A DNA stretch of 64,000 bases from assembly GCA_964650355.1 (NCBI GenBank), contig CAZYTL010000002.1:6964-70963 (forward strand), read 5' to 3'. Of the stretch, positions 17,419 to 26,441 are shown one piece after another; position 1 is the stretch's first letter; each line of letters opens with the position of its first letter. A program made the position numbers and the translations under genes. The notes under the pieces are model-generated. The model saw nothing but the letters and a program-made list of their open reading frames with translations. It had not been told where the DNA came from and searched no databases. Source of the stretch: an uncultured Gammaproteobacteria bacterium (GTDB lineage: Bacteria > Patescibacteriota > Microgenomatia > CAYXHB01 > CAZYTL01).

Positions 17419-19212
17419 TTACGATGAAATCGGAGCGGAAATCATTTCTCTTGTTCCATGAAGCCTTCCCATGTGAGCTTCTTCAGAATCCGATGGAACT
17501 AGGATTCTGATTCCACCCATAAATTCTGCACTGCCTCTCACTAAAGAGAAAAATGCTCTGTCCATAACCGCAAAAGTTGCTCCATTAGTACTATCATTTA
17601 CAACGAGAGATTCTATTTCGGGTTGAATTAGGTAAGGTCCCCTTAAGGCCAACATCTCCTTCAGCCATGATATATTACTACGATCGAAAAGATTCATGGT
17701 TTTTTGGCCATAACCGCCAAATACACCTTGCAATGGCTTGACTCGAAAGGCAGATAATTGTGACAACCCACGAGAATTCATAAAATCATTAAAGGTTTTG
17801 GTTACAGAAATTTTCTCGCCTTCAACAGACGCAACAACATCGTTGACGGCATCAACTCGAAAGCCCATAGCCATTAAGGGTAAAGCAACTTTGCTATCTT
17901 TTAAACGTTTTGGGTCGCCAATTGGCCAACCGGGATCATCGATATTTAAGGTGAGGGCATTTTCCCTTATTATTCTCCTCAAATTTGGATCTACCAATAA
18001 TGGATTTTCTACCCCTACTGTTGGATCTTTTAATTTAGATATCGGATCGGACGGACGAACATATAAAAGGCAATTGCATTGCCCACTATCTTGTTCTAAG
18101 TGTTTAAGAAATTCATCCGGCCCCCATAAGTCGTTAAAACCAGATATCTGAAAGACTTCTTCAGAGGTCAGATCCTGAACTCCTACCTTACCGAACTCAG
18201 TCTCCCGCATGTCTTCAAGCTTTTCTCTAGTCGGAGCAAGCAATACGATTGGCTTTTGATGTTGGGCTCTGATGATATCAAGTTGTTCTCTAAATCTAGT
18301 GCCAAGTAGTCCTCCACCGCCTAGTGTTTCTATCAACCCATACATAGCAATTGAAGGTTCGAATTCGAATATCCTGTCGCGTAAAGTGTTTATTACGTCT
18401 TCAGCACCAGGAGCGCCTGCTCCGGTGAGTAACTCTTGTGATAAACCAGCTATATCGACCTGAAAGAAAGGCTCTGTAATGTGACCACCGGTCATCCTTA
18501 CACAATGCTGGTATGCTAGTTTATGTCCTTCGTTATTTCCTGGAACAAATTGGGAAAAAACCCGTGCGTGCTCTTCAACCAACCTACTCAAACCGTCAAT
18601 GACTTTTGGCGGAAATCTAATTTGATAGTCTGGAGCATATTCGAAAGGTCCTAAGGTAGAAGGGATATCCTCTCGAGTGATGACGTTTTCAAGTCTTATT
18701 TTCTCTCCTGGTCGCGGTTGTTCTGAAGCGTAAGAGAACATTCTTGTTTCAACTACCTCCCGTATTGACATGGCACTCAGACCGTCACCGTTTAGTGCGT
18801 TTTGGCCTATTGCATGTAACCCAAGGTGAATAAAATCAGCATCTACTAGATGGCGAACGACCCTACCTCGGACCAGTGAATGATCCCAACCATGTCTTCG
18901 TACATCCTGAAAAAGGCTATCTTGAACATTCTGTGGTGTTATTCCTGCCAAATTTTTAGTCTGCGTGTCTTCAATTCCCTTGTCTGGGGGAAGTGGAATT
19001 AATGAAGGATCTTGCAATGCCTGGTTAACTCGCAAGTCACCTACCCGATTTAAGTCTTCCAGACAAGCCACATGAATTCCATTTTGTGCAGCCCACAACA
19101 CAATACCCTGAAACCTTGCTATCTGAACAAGTTTTTTCGGGGTAAGGCCAATCCCATTATTCTCTGCTATGAATGGGGATATTAAATGGTTGAATTCTAG
19201 TTGTTTTTTCAT
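17419..19212 (-). CDS. Uncharacterised 597-aa protein, possibly a ligase-like enzyme. It is the first gene after a T-box leader.
   Basis: Long intact ORF. It has a glycine-rich segment (ETLGGGGLLG) and a C-terminal FRVKPLQGVFGGYGQ loop that weakly resembles an ATP-grasp nucleotide-binding loop. It has no aaRS (HIGH/KMSKS or class II), Mur-ligase or adenylation-domain motifs. Confidence 0.35.
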   Translation of the reverse strand: MKKQLEFNHLISPFIAENNGIGLTPKKLVQIARFQGIVLWAAQNGIHVACLEDLNRVGDLRVNQALQDPSLIPLPPDKGIEDTQTKNLAGITPQNVQDSLFQDVRRHGWDHSLVRGRVVRHLVDADFIHLGLHAIGQNALNGDGLSAMSIREVVETRMFSYASEQPRPGEKIRLENVITREDIPSTLGPFEYAPDYQIRFPPKVIDGLSRLVEEHARVFSQFVPGNNEGHKLAYQHCVRMTGGHITEPFFQVDIAGLSQELLTGAGAPGAEDVINTLRDRIFEFEPSIAMYGLIETLGGGGLLGTRFREQLDIIRAQHQKPIVLLAPTREKLEDMRETEFGKVGVQDLTSEEVFQISGFNDLWGPDEFLKHLEQDSGQCNCLLYVRPSDPISKLKDPTVGVENPLLVDPNLRRIIRENALTLNIDDPGWPIGDPKRLKDSKVALPLMAMGFRVDAVNDVVASVEGEKISVTKTFNDFMNSRGLSQLSAFRVKPLQGVFGGYGQKTMNLFDRSNISWLKEMLALRGPYLIQPEIESLVVNDSTNGATFAVMDRAFFSLVRGSAEFMGGIRILVPSDSEEAHMGRLHGTREMISAPISS

Positions 19213-19317
19213 CTTTAAATCTGAAAATTAAAAGATTAGTTTGTATATAGAGCTGGACTCTATCTGGACGAAAACGCTACAGACCGGCGCGTTGTCGTTC
19301 TGCCACCTGCGGGCATT

Positions 19318-19363
19318 AAAAAAGCCCTTACGAATTCTCAAGATATTAAGAATTCGCAAGGGC
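19318..19363 (-). terminator. Intrinsic terminator hairpin of the T-box leader
   Basis: On the minus strand: gcccttgcgaattc - ttaatatcttga - gaattcgtaagggc, followed by UUUUUU. This is a 14-bp stem with one G-U wobble pair. Confidence 0.6.
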
Positions 19364-19741
19364 CATCTTTATAAGCTATCAGCGATAAGCTAACAGCTAA
19401 GGTAGGCGGTACCACCTTGCTTTACTAACTCAATAAAAAAACACCATGGTCACTGGTGTTTACCGTCATTGAGGTAGTCTCAATTATTCACGTACTTGAC
19501 GGTGTGATTTGCCGTTGGGCAATTCACTTTGCAGTGATACGTTAGCGCTATGACGGGCGCGCCCGTTCTCGATCTGTGGTCGGGAAGGCTCAACAGGGTA
19601 ATTCATTTTTTCTTGTGCGTCAGGTCTTGCACCAATCGCCTGATCTCTGGTGTCACCAAGAGAAAACTACTTCACTGTTTCACAGCCTTTATTAATTTTT
19701 CAGTATTGAGGATTATATAATAGATACAAAGCAAAAATCAA
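19318..19741 (-). promoter_or_regulatory. T-box riboswitch leader (promoter, stem I region, T-box core, antiterminator/terminator) upstream of the 17419..19212 operon
   Basis: The minus strand has a promoter TTGATT-N18-TATAAT (plus coordinates 19736-19741 and 19712-19717). The T-box core AAGGUGGUACCGCC (plus 19401-19423) matches the AGGGUGGNACCGCG consensus. Its flanks AAGG...GCC can pair with GGC-CCUU, which is the 5' arm of the terminator, giving the classical mutually exclusive antiterminator and terminator. Confidence 0.55.
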
Positions 19742-19780
19742 GTTCTGTTAGCAACGTGAGGAGAGCTTATTTTATACCTC

Positions 19781-21472
19781 TTATACCTCGATGATCACCG
19801 GTAAAATCATGGGATTGCGTTTGAGCTGTCGGGCAAAGAATTTTTGTAGTACTTCAGAGGTCCTTTCTTTGATTAAATGCCAGTCAGTCAGCGGCTGTTC
19901 AGGAGACTTAAGGGACTGGGTGACCAGTTTTTTGGCTTCGGTTAAGAGGCCTTCCTGACCTTTAAGGTACACAAATCCCCTAGTGATGATGTCGGGTTCG
20001 TTAACCAGTTCCTTGGTATTGACATCCAGTTGAAGTAGAACTACTACAACCCCTTCTTCTGCCAGTACTTGGCGATCCCGCAGCACCACATTGCCTACGT
20101 CCCCTACTCCCAGACCGTCGATCATCACGTTGCGCACATCGACTGGTTTGCCTAAATATATGGATTGGGAGTCGAGATGCACTGAACGATTGGTAGTGGG
20201 TAGGAGGACTTGGTCGGTCTTGTAACCCATGTTTTCCGCCAGGATACGGTAGTGGACCATGTGGCGATAGGTACCGCCAATCGGTAATACAGCCCGAGGT
20301 CTGGTCAGCCCGAGAAGAAGTTTGAGGTCGGCTTGTGATCCGTGTCCGGAAACGTGCAGGTCATCCTTGATATCAGCATAGGTGACAGTGGCACCGTCTT
20401 TGTAGAGAGCATCAATAGCCGCATGAATTGAAGTCTCTGAGCCGGGGATGTAGTCGGTGGAGAAAACGACTTTATCGCCCTGTTTAATTTTTACATTGCG
20501 ATGTTCGCCGGCGGCAATGCGCTGCAAGGCTGACCCTGGTTGTCCCTGACTGCCGGCTACTAATAGGGTTAGTTGTTGATCAGGGTATTTATTCATTTTA
20601 TCCATGGGGACCATCAATTCTTGCTTGAGGTGAATATAGCCTAGTTGCATGGCGATTCTTAAGTTGCTTTCCACCGAGCGACCCACGCTGACGATTTTGC
20701 GCCCTCGAGAAATGGACACGTCAATGGCCTGCTGCCAGCGGGAAATGCTGGAAGACATGGCGGTGACAATGAATTTGCCTTTGCAGGTGGCAATTTCCCG
20801 GTTAAACATTTCGTATAGATCTAGTTCTGACCTGGTGGCGCCCTGTCGTTCACTCCCTAAGCAATCGGAGATTAATAAGTCCACTCCTTGATTGCCTGCG
20901 GCAGCGATTTTGCCGACTTCTGGCTGGATACCGTCAACCGGAGTCCAGTCGAATTTGAAATCCGCCCCGTGGTAGATATTGCCAACGGGGGTTTGGATAT
21001 AATAGTGATAAGTATCAGGTACAGAATGTGTCACCCTAATGGGTTGGATTTTATAATTACCCAAGGTAATGGTTTGATTGGGATTAAGTACCTGGACGTT
21101 GCGAGGAATTTGATATTCCTGAAGTTTGCTTTGAGCAAATGCAGCAGTCAGTTTGGAGGTGTAGATGGGAAATTCGGGCAGGTTGGGCAACACATAAGGC
21201 AAAGCACCCACGTGATCTTCATGACCATGAGAGATGACCATGCCTTTAATTCTTTGTTCTTTACCCTTGAGGTAATAGGTATCAGGAATGAGCAGATCAA
21301 CTCCTAACATTTCTTCCGTGGGAAAGCCGATGCCGCAATCAACTATTAAGATGTCCCCGCCATTGGGAAGTTCGTAAGCAAACATGTTGCGGTTAACTTC
21401 ACCAAAACCTCCAAGAGAAGTGATCTTAAGAGAAGATGACGAATTAGCCGAAGAATTGTTTCGTTTGGACAT
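19781..21472 (-). CDS. rnj: Ribonuclease J (metallo-beta-lactamase / beta-CASP RNase)
   Basis: 563 aa with the HGHEDHVGALPYV motif, a beta-CASP region and a C-terminal domain. Confidence 0.9.
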   Translation of the reverse strand: MSKRNNSSANSSSSLKITSLGGFGEVNRNMFAYELPNGGDILIVDCGIGFPTEEMLGVDLLIPDTYYLKGKEQRIKGMVISHGHEDHVGALPYVLPNLPEFPIYTSKLTAAFAQSKLQEYQIPRNVQVLNPNQTITLGNYKIQPIRVTHSVPDTYHYYIQTPVGNIYHGADFKFDWTPVDGIQPEVGKIAAAGNQGVDLLISDCLGSERQGATRSELDLYEMFNREIATCKGKFIVTAMSSSISRWQQAIDVSISRGRKIVSVGRSVESNLRIAMQLGYIHLKQELMVPMDKMNKYPDQQLTLLVAGSQGQPGSALQRIAAGEHRNVKIKQGDKVVFSTDYIPGSETSIHAAIDALYKDGATVTYADIKDDLHVSGHGSQADLKLLLGLTRPRAVLPIGGTYRHMVHYRILAENMGYKTDQVLLPTTNRSVHLDSQSIYLGKPVDVRNVMIDGLGVGDVGNVVLRDRQVLAEEGVVVVLLQLDVNTKELVNEPDIITRGFVYLKGQEGLLTEAKKLVTQSLKSPEQPLTDWHLIKERTSEVLQKFFARQLKRNPMILPVIIEV

Positions 21473-21508
21473 AGTGAAAATGGGGGGCTTAAAATTAGTG
21501 CTTTTTCA

Positions 21509-22600
21509 TTACCAGGTGGGTAGATAGCTTTTGACGTTATCAGTGGTAATATGGAATTTATCTCCTTTACCTTCGACGATTTGACGGGCAACTTTGCGAC
21601 AAACACCGTTAATGGTTCTTTCCAGAGTTCTGATTCCAGCGTCAAAACCCAGAGGGCGAATGATTTTTGGCCAGACCTCCTCATCGATCTCTACTTGTTC
21701 TGGTTTAAGCCCGGAATCTTTTAACATTCTGGGTAAGACGTAGTCCTTGCCAATGTGATATTTTTCGTCATCGGTGTAGGAAGGCATCTGAATAACTTCC
21801 AACCTGTCAAGAACAGCAGTTGAGATTTTGGCGGTATTATTGGCAGTAGCAATGAACAGACATTGGGATAGATCAAAGGGATAATCTATGAAGTGGTCTG
21901 TAAAAGCGTAATTTTGCCCCGGGTCCAGAAGTTCGACCAAAACACCCATGATGTCAGCCCGGGCGTGTTCTGCTACCCGGTCAATTTCATCCAGCAGGAC
22001 GACCGGATTCCTGACTTTGGACTGGCGCATGGCTTTGATAACCCACCCAGGCTCGGCGTCGGGACGGACTCGGGATTGACCACGCAAAGTTAAGGCGTCT
22101 CCCATGCCGCCGAAGGGAATTCTCACAAAAGGTCTGCCCATAGCTTGGGCAATGGAATAGGAAATGGTAGTCTTACCAGTACCTACCAAACCGACGAAAA
22201 ATAAGATGGGAGCCCGCATCATATCGCGGGCAAACTCTTCTTCTGATTTATCTCCGATTTGTTGACGTTTTAAATTCATGACCGCGATGTATTCCAGGAC
22301 CCGATCTTTGATGAATTCTAATCCGTAGTGGTGCTCATCTAAAACTTTTTTCGCATGATTAAGATCTAAAATGTCGTCAGCGCGCTTTGACCAAGGCAGA
22401 TTAGTAATCCAGTCTATGTAGCGGTTAACTTGTTCAAATTCTTGAGAATAAAATCCATATTTAGCCATGCGGCTCAGCCTGCCCAGCATGCCAACGACTC
22501 GCTCTTTCAGGTCTTGAGGGGCTGATGACTTCTCAAGTACGGCTTCTAAATCTTCGACTTCTTTAAAGATATCGGTATCTTTGGAAGAGTTATCAGGCAT
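21509..22600 (-). CDS. Lon-like AAA+ ATPase without an S16 protease domain
   Basis: 363 aa. It has the Lon ATPase core (HYGLEFIKDRVLEYIAV, GLVGTGKTTISYSIAQAMGRPFVRIPFGGMGD, VVLLDEIDRV). It ends 36 nt before the rnj start, with no protease domain and no long Lon N-domain. Confidence 0.75.
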   Translation of the reverse strand: MPDNSSKDTDIFKEVEDLEAVLEKSSAPQDLKERVVGMLGRLSRMAKYGFYSQEFEQVNRYIDWITNLPWSKRADDILDLNHAKKVLDEHHYGLEFIKDRVLEYIAVMNLKRQQIGDKSEEEFARDMMRAPILFFVGLVGTGKTTISYSIAQAMGRPFVRIPFGGMGDALTLRGQSRVRPDAEPGWVIKAMRQSKVRNPVVLLDEIDRVAEHARADIMGVLVELLDPGQNYAFTDHFIDYPFDLSQCLFIATANNTAKISTAVLDRLEVIQMPSYTDDEKYHIGKDYVLPRMLKDSGLKPEQVEIDEEVWPKIIRPLGFDAGIRTLERTINGVCRKVARQIVEGKGDKFHITTDNVKSYLPTW

Positions 22601-22734
22601 GGGTTTAAGGTTTACAGAGTTAGTAAAGCGAATTCGTGATTTATAAACGAAGGTATCTTCAATATAACATAAAGTCCGAGAAGAGTACCTTTTAATTAAA
22701 AAACTTTAAGCGGTTAAGTTTCTGAGCCAAATGA

Positions 22735-22932
22735 CTAGGGACCAAGTCCTTCTACGGCTTGATTGAGTGTGTCAACGTCAAGTTGGACAGTCTTGGCTTG
22801 TAATTGAGCTTTATCTGGTTGGTCCAGTTGTTGATATGTGGTCCACAACCACCATGACACTCCTCCAGAAACTAAAAGCCAGAAAAGGATCAAGCCAATA
22901 ATGATTAATGTGTTTTTTTTATTTGACGACAT
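22735..22932 (-). CDS. Small single-pass membrane protein, last gene of the pilus block
   Basis: 65 aa with one TM helix (LIIIGLILFWLLVSGGVSWWLW). Function unknown. Confidence 0.3.
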   Translation of the reverse strand: MSSNKKNTLIIIGLILFWLLVSGGVSWWLWTTYQQLDQPDKAQLQAKTVQLDVDTLNQAVEGLGP

Positions 22933-22961
22933 GATTTACGATCACAGATAAATAAGTTGGG

Positions 22962-23732
22962 TTAGAGATTGGTCTTTAGTAGCTCCTTGGACACGAACAG
23001 GTTGCCACGGTAATCAATTTTGCCCAGTTGAGAAAGACCGTCTGCAGTATTGACTTCTAAATATACAGGTTGGAAGAGATAATGACTGTCTGCGATGTGA
23101 CTTATCACCTGGGTGAAGGCGCTGGGTGTGGCGGTCACAGTTAAGGAAACTGGGAGTAAAGGAGCAAAAAGTTCTTTGGTTTGGATGGGTTCGTTATTAC
23201 TAATATCTAATTTTTTATCAGCATATGGTTGGATTTGATTATTTAAGTCGCCAACGAACTCTCTGATGCCGTCCAGTTTGGGGAAGGATTGAGATAATAG
23301 GTCTATTTGATCCTGGTGTTCCGTAAGTGCCTGATGCGCGTCCCGTTCGTCTGCTTCTTGTTGTTGGGCAAGGGCCTGTTCGGTTGATTGGCGTTTGACG
23401 TTATTGCCAAAGATAGAGATGAGGAGTAATTGAGCGATTAAGGTAGCGCCTAAAACAATGGCGATTAAAGGAAGATAGTAAGACAGGGGTTTACGATCAG
23501 AAGGCGGTTTTTCTGGTGGCGGTGAAGCAGTTTCTGGAGTTTGTGGTTTTTTGGTCTGAACGTCTGGAGAGGATTTGGATGGCCCGGGAGTGGCTGTCTG
23601 AGGGTTGGCAGATTGACGGTTAGAAACTGCGGGCTTTCCCTGAGTAGACGGGGCAGCAGGGGTTTGACTCTGGGATTGAGAGGAAGATGTAGGGACTGTG
23701 GTTGATGGTGATGGGGTGTGGGAATCTGGCAT
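22962..23732 (-). CDS. pilO: PilO-like type IV pilus assembly protein with an S/T/P-rich N-terminal region
   Basis: A low-complexity S/T/P/Q-rich N-terminus, one TM helix, then coiled-coil plus a globular domain. It is positioned after PilM/N. Confidence 0.5.
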   Translation of the reverse strand: MPDSHTPSPSTTVPTSSSQSQSQTPAAPSTQGKPAVSNRQSANPQTATPGPSKSSPDVQTKKPQTPETASPPPEKPPSDRKPLSYYLPLIAIVLGATLIAQLLLISIFGNNVKRQSTEQALAQQQEADERDAHQALTEHQDQIDLLSQSFPKLDGIREFVGDLNNQIQPYADKKLDISNNEPIQTKELFAPLLPVSLTVTATPSAFTQVISHIADSHYLFQPVYLEVNTADGLSQLGKIDYRGNLFVSKELLKTNL

Positions 23733-23738
23733 AAAAGG

Positions 23739-25130
23739 CTAATCTGTTTTCCATTTAAAGGATAATGAGAAATTTATATCTTGGCTTTTTTCCAACACGG
23801 ATAAAGGAAGAGAGACTTGAATAAAGAGAGGATTTTCCTCCAATAATTGTTTCAATTTAAGAATATCTTCCTGGTGAGGAGCAAAACCTCTCAAAGTCAC
23901 CATTTGAGTGCTTGCTTCGAGTTTGATGTAATTAATGGTTAGTTCGGGAGGCAGAGTGGTGAATAGTTGCTCCACTACCTGGCTGAAAGTCTGTTTTTGG
24001 CGAGAAATTTGCACAGCAGAAACTGCTTGTTGATTGATAATGTTGATTTGGTTTAAGGTGTCAAGACCGCTGGTTTGCTCTTCCTGGAGAGGCTCTGATG
24101 TAGAGGCGGATGATCTGGCGGTAAGAAAAAGAAATCCGCCGCCAATCAGGTTCAAAATGATCAGAAATATCACAGAGATGAATAATAGATGACGTTTTAA
24201 TTGATGGGAGCTAGATTGACTGTAGTCGTATTGGACATGGGGCGGAATCAAGTTGATGGTTCTGTCGTCTTCAGGAGGGTTAGTGGGTATCTGGGTTAAG
24301 GAATAACCCACTACTTGTGCAGGAGGAAGCTTGGCATTGGTTTTGATGGGCTCGGCAGGAATGTCCGGTGGCAAAACTCCTGATAATTGATCCTGGAGGC
24401 TACCAGTATAAAGGATTTGTTTAATTTCCTGACGGTATTTTTTGGCGTAATAACTGATCAGGTCTTTGATTACTTGTGATAGGTCCTGGCTTAATTGCCC
24501 ACCGGTGGGTGACTGACTGACCACGCTAAGATTAATGCTTTGATTGGGGTTGATAACGATTAATGTTGACGTCGTATCGGCATCAATTACTAAGGTAGGT
24601 TGTTTAACAGGGCTGGCGAGACGGCTGAGGGTCAAGCTGGATGTTTCTACGGCTAAGGGAATGACCCCGGCGGAGTTAAGCGCAGCAAAGTATTTGTCCA
24701 ATGCGGTCTTGGGAACAGCGGCCACCTGGATCAGTTCACTGGATTCGGGCACCCAACGCCAATCAAGATAAAGTTGATCTATGGGATAGGGCAATTCATG
24801 TTCGATTTCAATGGCAATGCGATCCTGAGTCTCGGCCGTAGTCTGATGTTTAAGTTTGAAGGAACGAATAAAGGCAATATGTTCTGGAATGCCCAAGGTG
24901 ATGAATTTATCAGATAAGGAAGCTTGCTTTAGGAGTTGTTGCAAGATTTGAGTAAATTTTTCCGGTTGCTCTAGCTCTCCTTTATCAATGATATCCGGCT
25001 CTAGAGGCACTTCTATATGCTTTTTAACTGTTTGCCTACTGGCAATGGTGAGGCTGATTTTATCCGGAGTGATGTGTAAACCCGGATGACTAGTGACTGA
25101 GGGAACGGAACGTTGAGAGGATTTTTTCAT
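23739..25130 (-). CDS. pilM: PilM-PilN fusion (actin-like PilM domain, TM, PilN-like domain)
   Basis: 463 aa. The N-terminal ~300 aa are an actin-like fold typical of PilM. These are followed by a TM helix (LLFISVIFLIILNLIGGGFLFL) and a PilN-like periplasmic part. Confidence 0.7.
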   Translation of the reverse strand: MKKSSQRSVPSVTSHPGLHITPDKISLTIASRQTVKKHIEVPLEPDIIDKGELEQPEKFTQILQQLLKQASLSDKFITLGIPEHIAFIRSFKLKHQTTAETQDRIAIEIEHELPYPIDQLYLDWRWVPESSELIQVAAVPKTALDKYFAALNSAGVIPLAVETSSLTLSRLASPVKQPTLVIDADTTSTLIVINPNQSINLSVVSQSPTGGQLSQDLSQVIKDLISYYAKKYRQEIKQILYTGSLQDQLSGVLPPDIPAEPIKTNAKLPPAQVVGYSLTQIPTNPPEDDRTINLIPPHVQYDYSQSSSHQLKRHLLFISVIFLIILNLIGGGFLFLTARSSASTSEPLQEEQTSGLDTLNQINIINQQAVSAVQISRQKQTFSQVVEQLFTTLPPELTINYIKLEASTQMVTLRGFAPHQEDILKLKQLLEENPLFIQVSLPLSVLEKSQDINFSLSFKWKTD

Positions 25131-25167
25131 AGATCTTATTGGGGAGAAAAAATAGCGATAAGATGAA

Positions 25168-26394
25168 TTATCTGCCCGGGGTGTTGGCTTCGATGCCTCC
25201 CACCAAGCTATAGATGGGAGCGATAACTGCTAAAACCATGGCTCCTACGCCAACGCCTACCAGGAGTAAGAGGATAGGCTCCAGGACAGCGGTAAAGTTG
25301 TTAAGCGTTGAGTCAACTTCCTGCTCGTAATGGTCGGCAAGTTCACTGAGCATGGAATCTACGCTGCCGGTTCTTTCACCGGTGGCCACCATGCGCATCA
25401 CCATATGGGGAAAGATTTTTTTGTGGACGCGCATCACATCCGAGAGGGCTTTACCTTTTTGGACTTCGTCTCTAAAAATAGTAGCTAATGTATTGAACTT
25501 CGGTTGAGACAGAGATGACACCACAATATATAAGGCTTCGTTAATTGATACTCCGCTGGACAACAGAGTGGATAAGGTGCGACAAAATCTGGCCAGGTCT
25601 AATTCGTCAATCAGCTTCTGAATGGCAGGAAGCAGACTTACAATTTTGAGGGCGATTTGTCGTCCCTGACGCTGGGTCATTCCGACGATTAATAAACCTA
25701 AACAGGCGAACAGAGCGGAAAAGACCAAAATCGAATTCTGGCTGATAAATAATCCCCCTTCCAAGACTACGCGGGAAAAGGTAGGCAGGCTGACATCCAT
25801 TTGTAAAAAAATTGGGGCAATCTTGGGCAGCACAAAAAAGACCAAAATTAGACCGACTCCGCCCATCGCAGACACGATGATGATGGGATACATCATGGCG
25901 CTTTTGACTTTTTGTTTTAGCTTGTATTCCGAATATAATTGTCGGGCTAAATAATCCAATGATTTTGTCAGAGTACCTGATAATTCTCCAGCCTGGATGA
26001 TGGAGATCATCGTTTTATCAAACGAATCAGAATACTTGGTCAAGGCAGTAGAAAGAGGTTTACCTTCTTGTAGTTGCTGCTGGGTATCGTGAAGGATAGT
26101 TCTTAGTTTAGGGATTTGGCTATCCTGTCCATAGACTTCAATAGCTTCGGGTAAAGGCAAGCCGGCATTAACCATGGTGGCTAAATAACGGAATAAAGTA
26201 GCTTTTTCCAGCAATGGTACCCCTTTGCGAAAACTAATCCCTAATTTCTTTTTTTCCCGGACTTGGGTAATACTCTCCACATGGTATCCCTGGCCGCCTA
26301 GTAATCTTTTGGCGTCTTCAATGTTGGTGGCCACAATGGTGTCTTCTACGGTCTGTTTATCTCGGTCGGTAGCTTTATAGGAATAGACGGGCAT
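25168..26394 (-). CDS. pilC: Type IV pilus platform protein PilC (GspF family)
   Basis: 408 aa with two GspF repeats and three TM segments. Confidence 0.85.
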   Translation of the reverse strand: MPVYSYKATDRDKQTVEDTIVATNIEDAKRLLGGQGYHVESITQVREKKKLGISFRKGVPLLEKATLFRYLATMVNAGLPLPEAIEVYGQDSQIPKLRTILHDTQQQLQEGKPLSTALTKYSDSFDKTMISIIQAGELSGTLTKSLDYLARQLYSEYKLKQKVKSAMMYPIIIVSAMGGVGLILVFFVLPKIAPIFLQMDVSLPTFSRVVLEGGLFISQNSILVFSALFACLGLLIVGMTQRQGRQIALKIVSLLPAIQKLIDELDLARFCRTLSTLLSSGVSINEALYIVVSSLSQPKFNTLATIFRDEVQKGKALSDVMRVHKKIFPHMVMRMVATGERTGSVDSMLSELADHYEQEVDSTLNNFTAVLEPILLLLVGVGVGAMVLAVIAPIYSLVGGIEANTPGR

Positions 26395-26441
26395 AGTATA
26401 AAAAAATAATTAACTAAGACATCTTTTAATTTTTGACTTTG

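Noticed and set aside
17419-19212. I considered that the T-box-controlled 597-aa protein is a divergent aminoacyl-tRNA synthetase (for example ProRS, given the adjacent YbaK).
   Set aside because: I found no class I HIGH/KMSKS motifs and no class II motif 2/3 (fRxE, GxGxGxxR).
19434-19466. A second hairpin with a T7 tract (acacca-gtgacca-tggtgt-TTTTTTT on the minus strand), as a possible terminator for rnj.
   Set aside because: It lies about 320 nt downstream of the rnj stop and inside the T-box leader, just 5' of the T-box core, where stem III is expected. The stem is only 6 bp. It is more likely a leader structural element than an independent terminator.
19213-19780. I considered that the long intergenic region encodes tmRNA, RNase P RNA or SRP RNA.
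   Set aside because: There are no tmRNA 5'/3' signatures (GGGG...UUCGAC, acceptor/T-arm). There is no RNase P P4 consensus (AGGAAAGUCCGG). GUCAGGUC is present, but the SRP domain IV consensus is not. The promoter, T-box core, antiterminator/terminator architecture explains the region better.
21346-21684. A 112-aa ORF overlapping the end of the Lon-like gene and the start of rnj, as a possible remnant of a Lon protease domain.
   Set aside because: The translation (MRRSGQKSFALWVLTLESELWKEP...) has no S16 protease motifs (no catalytic Ser-Lys dyad context). It is more likely a chance overlapping ORF.
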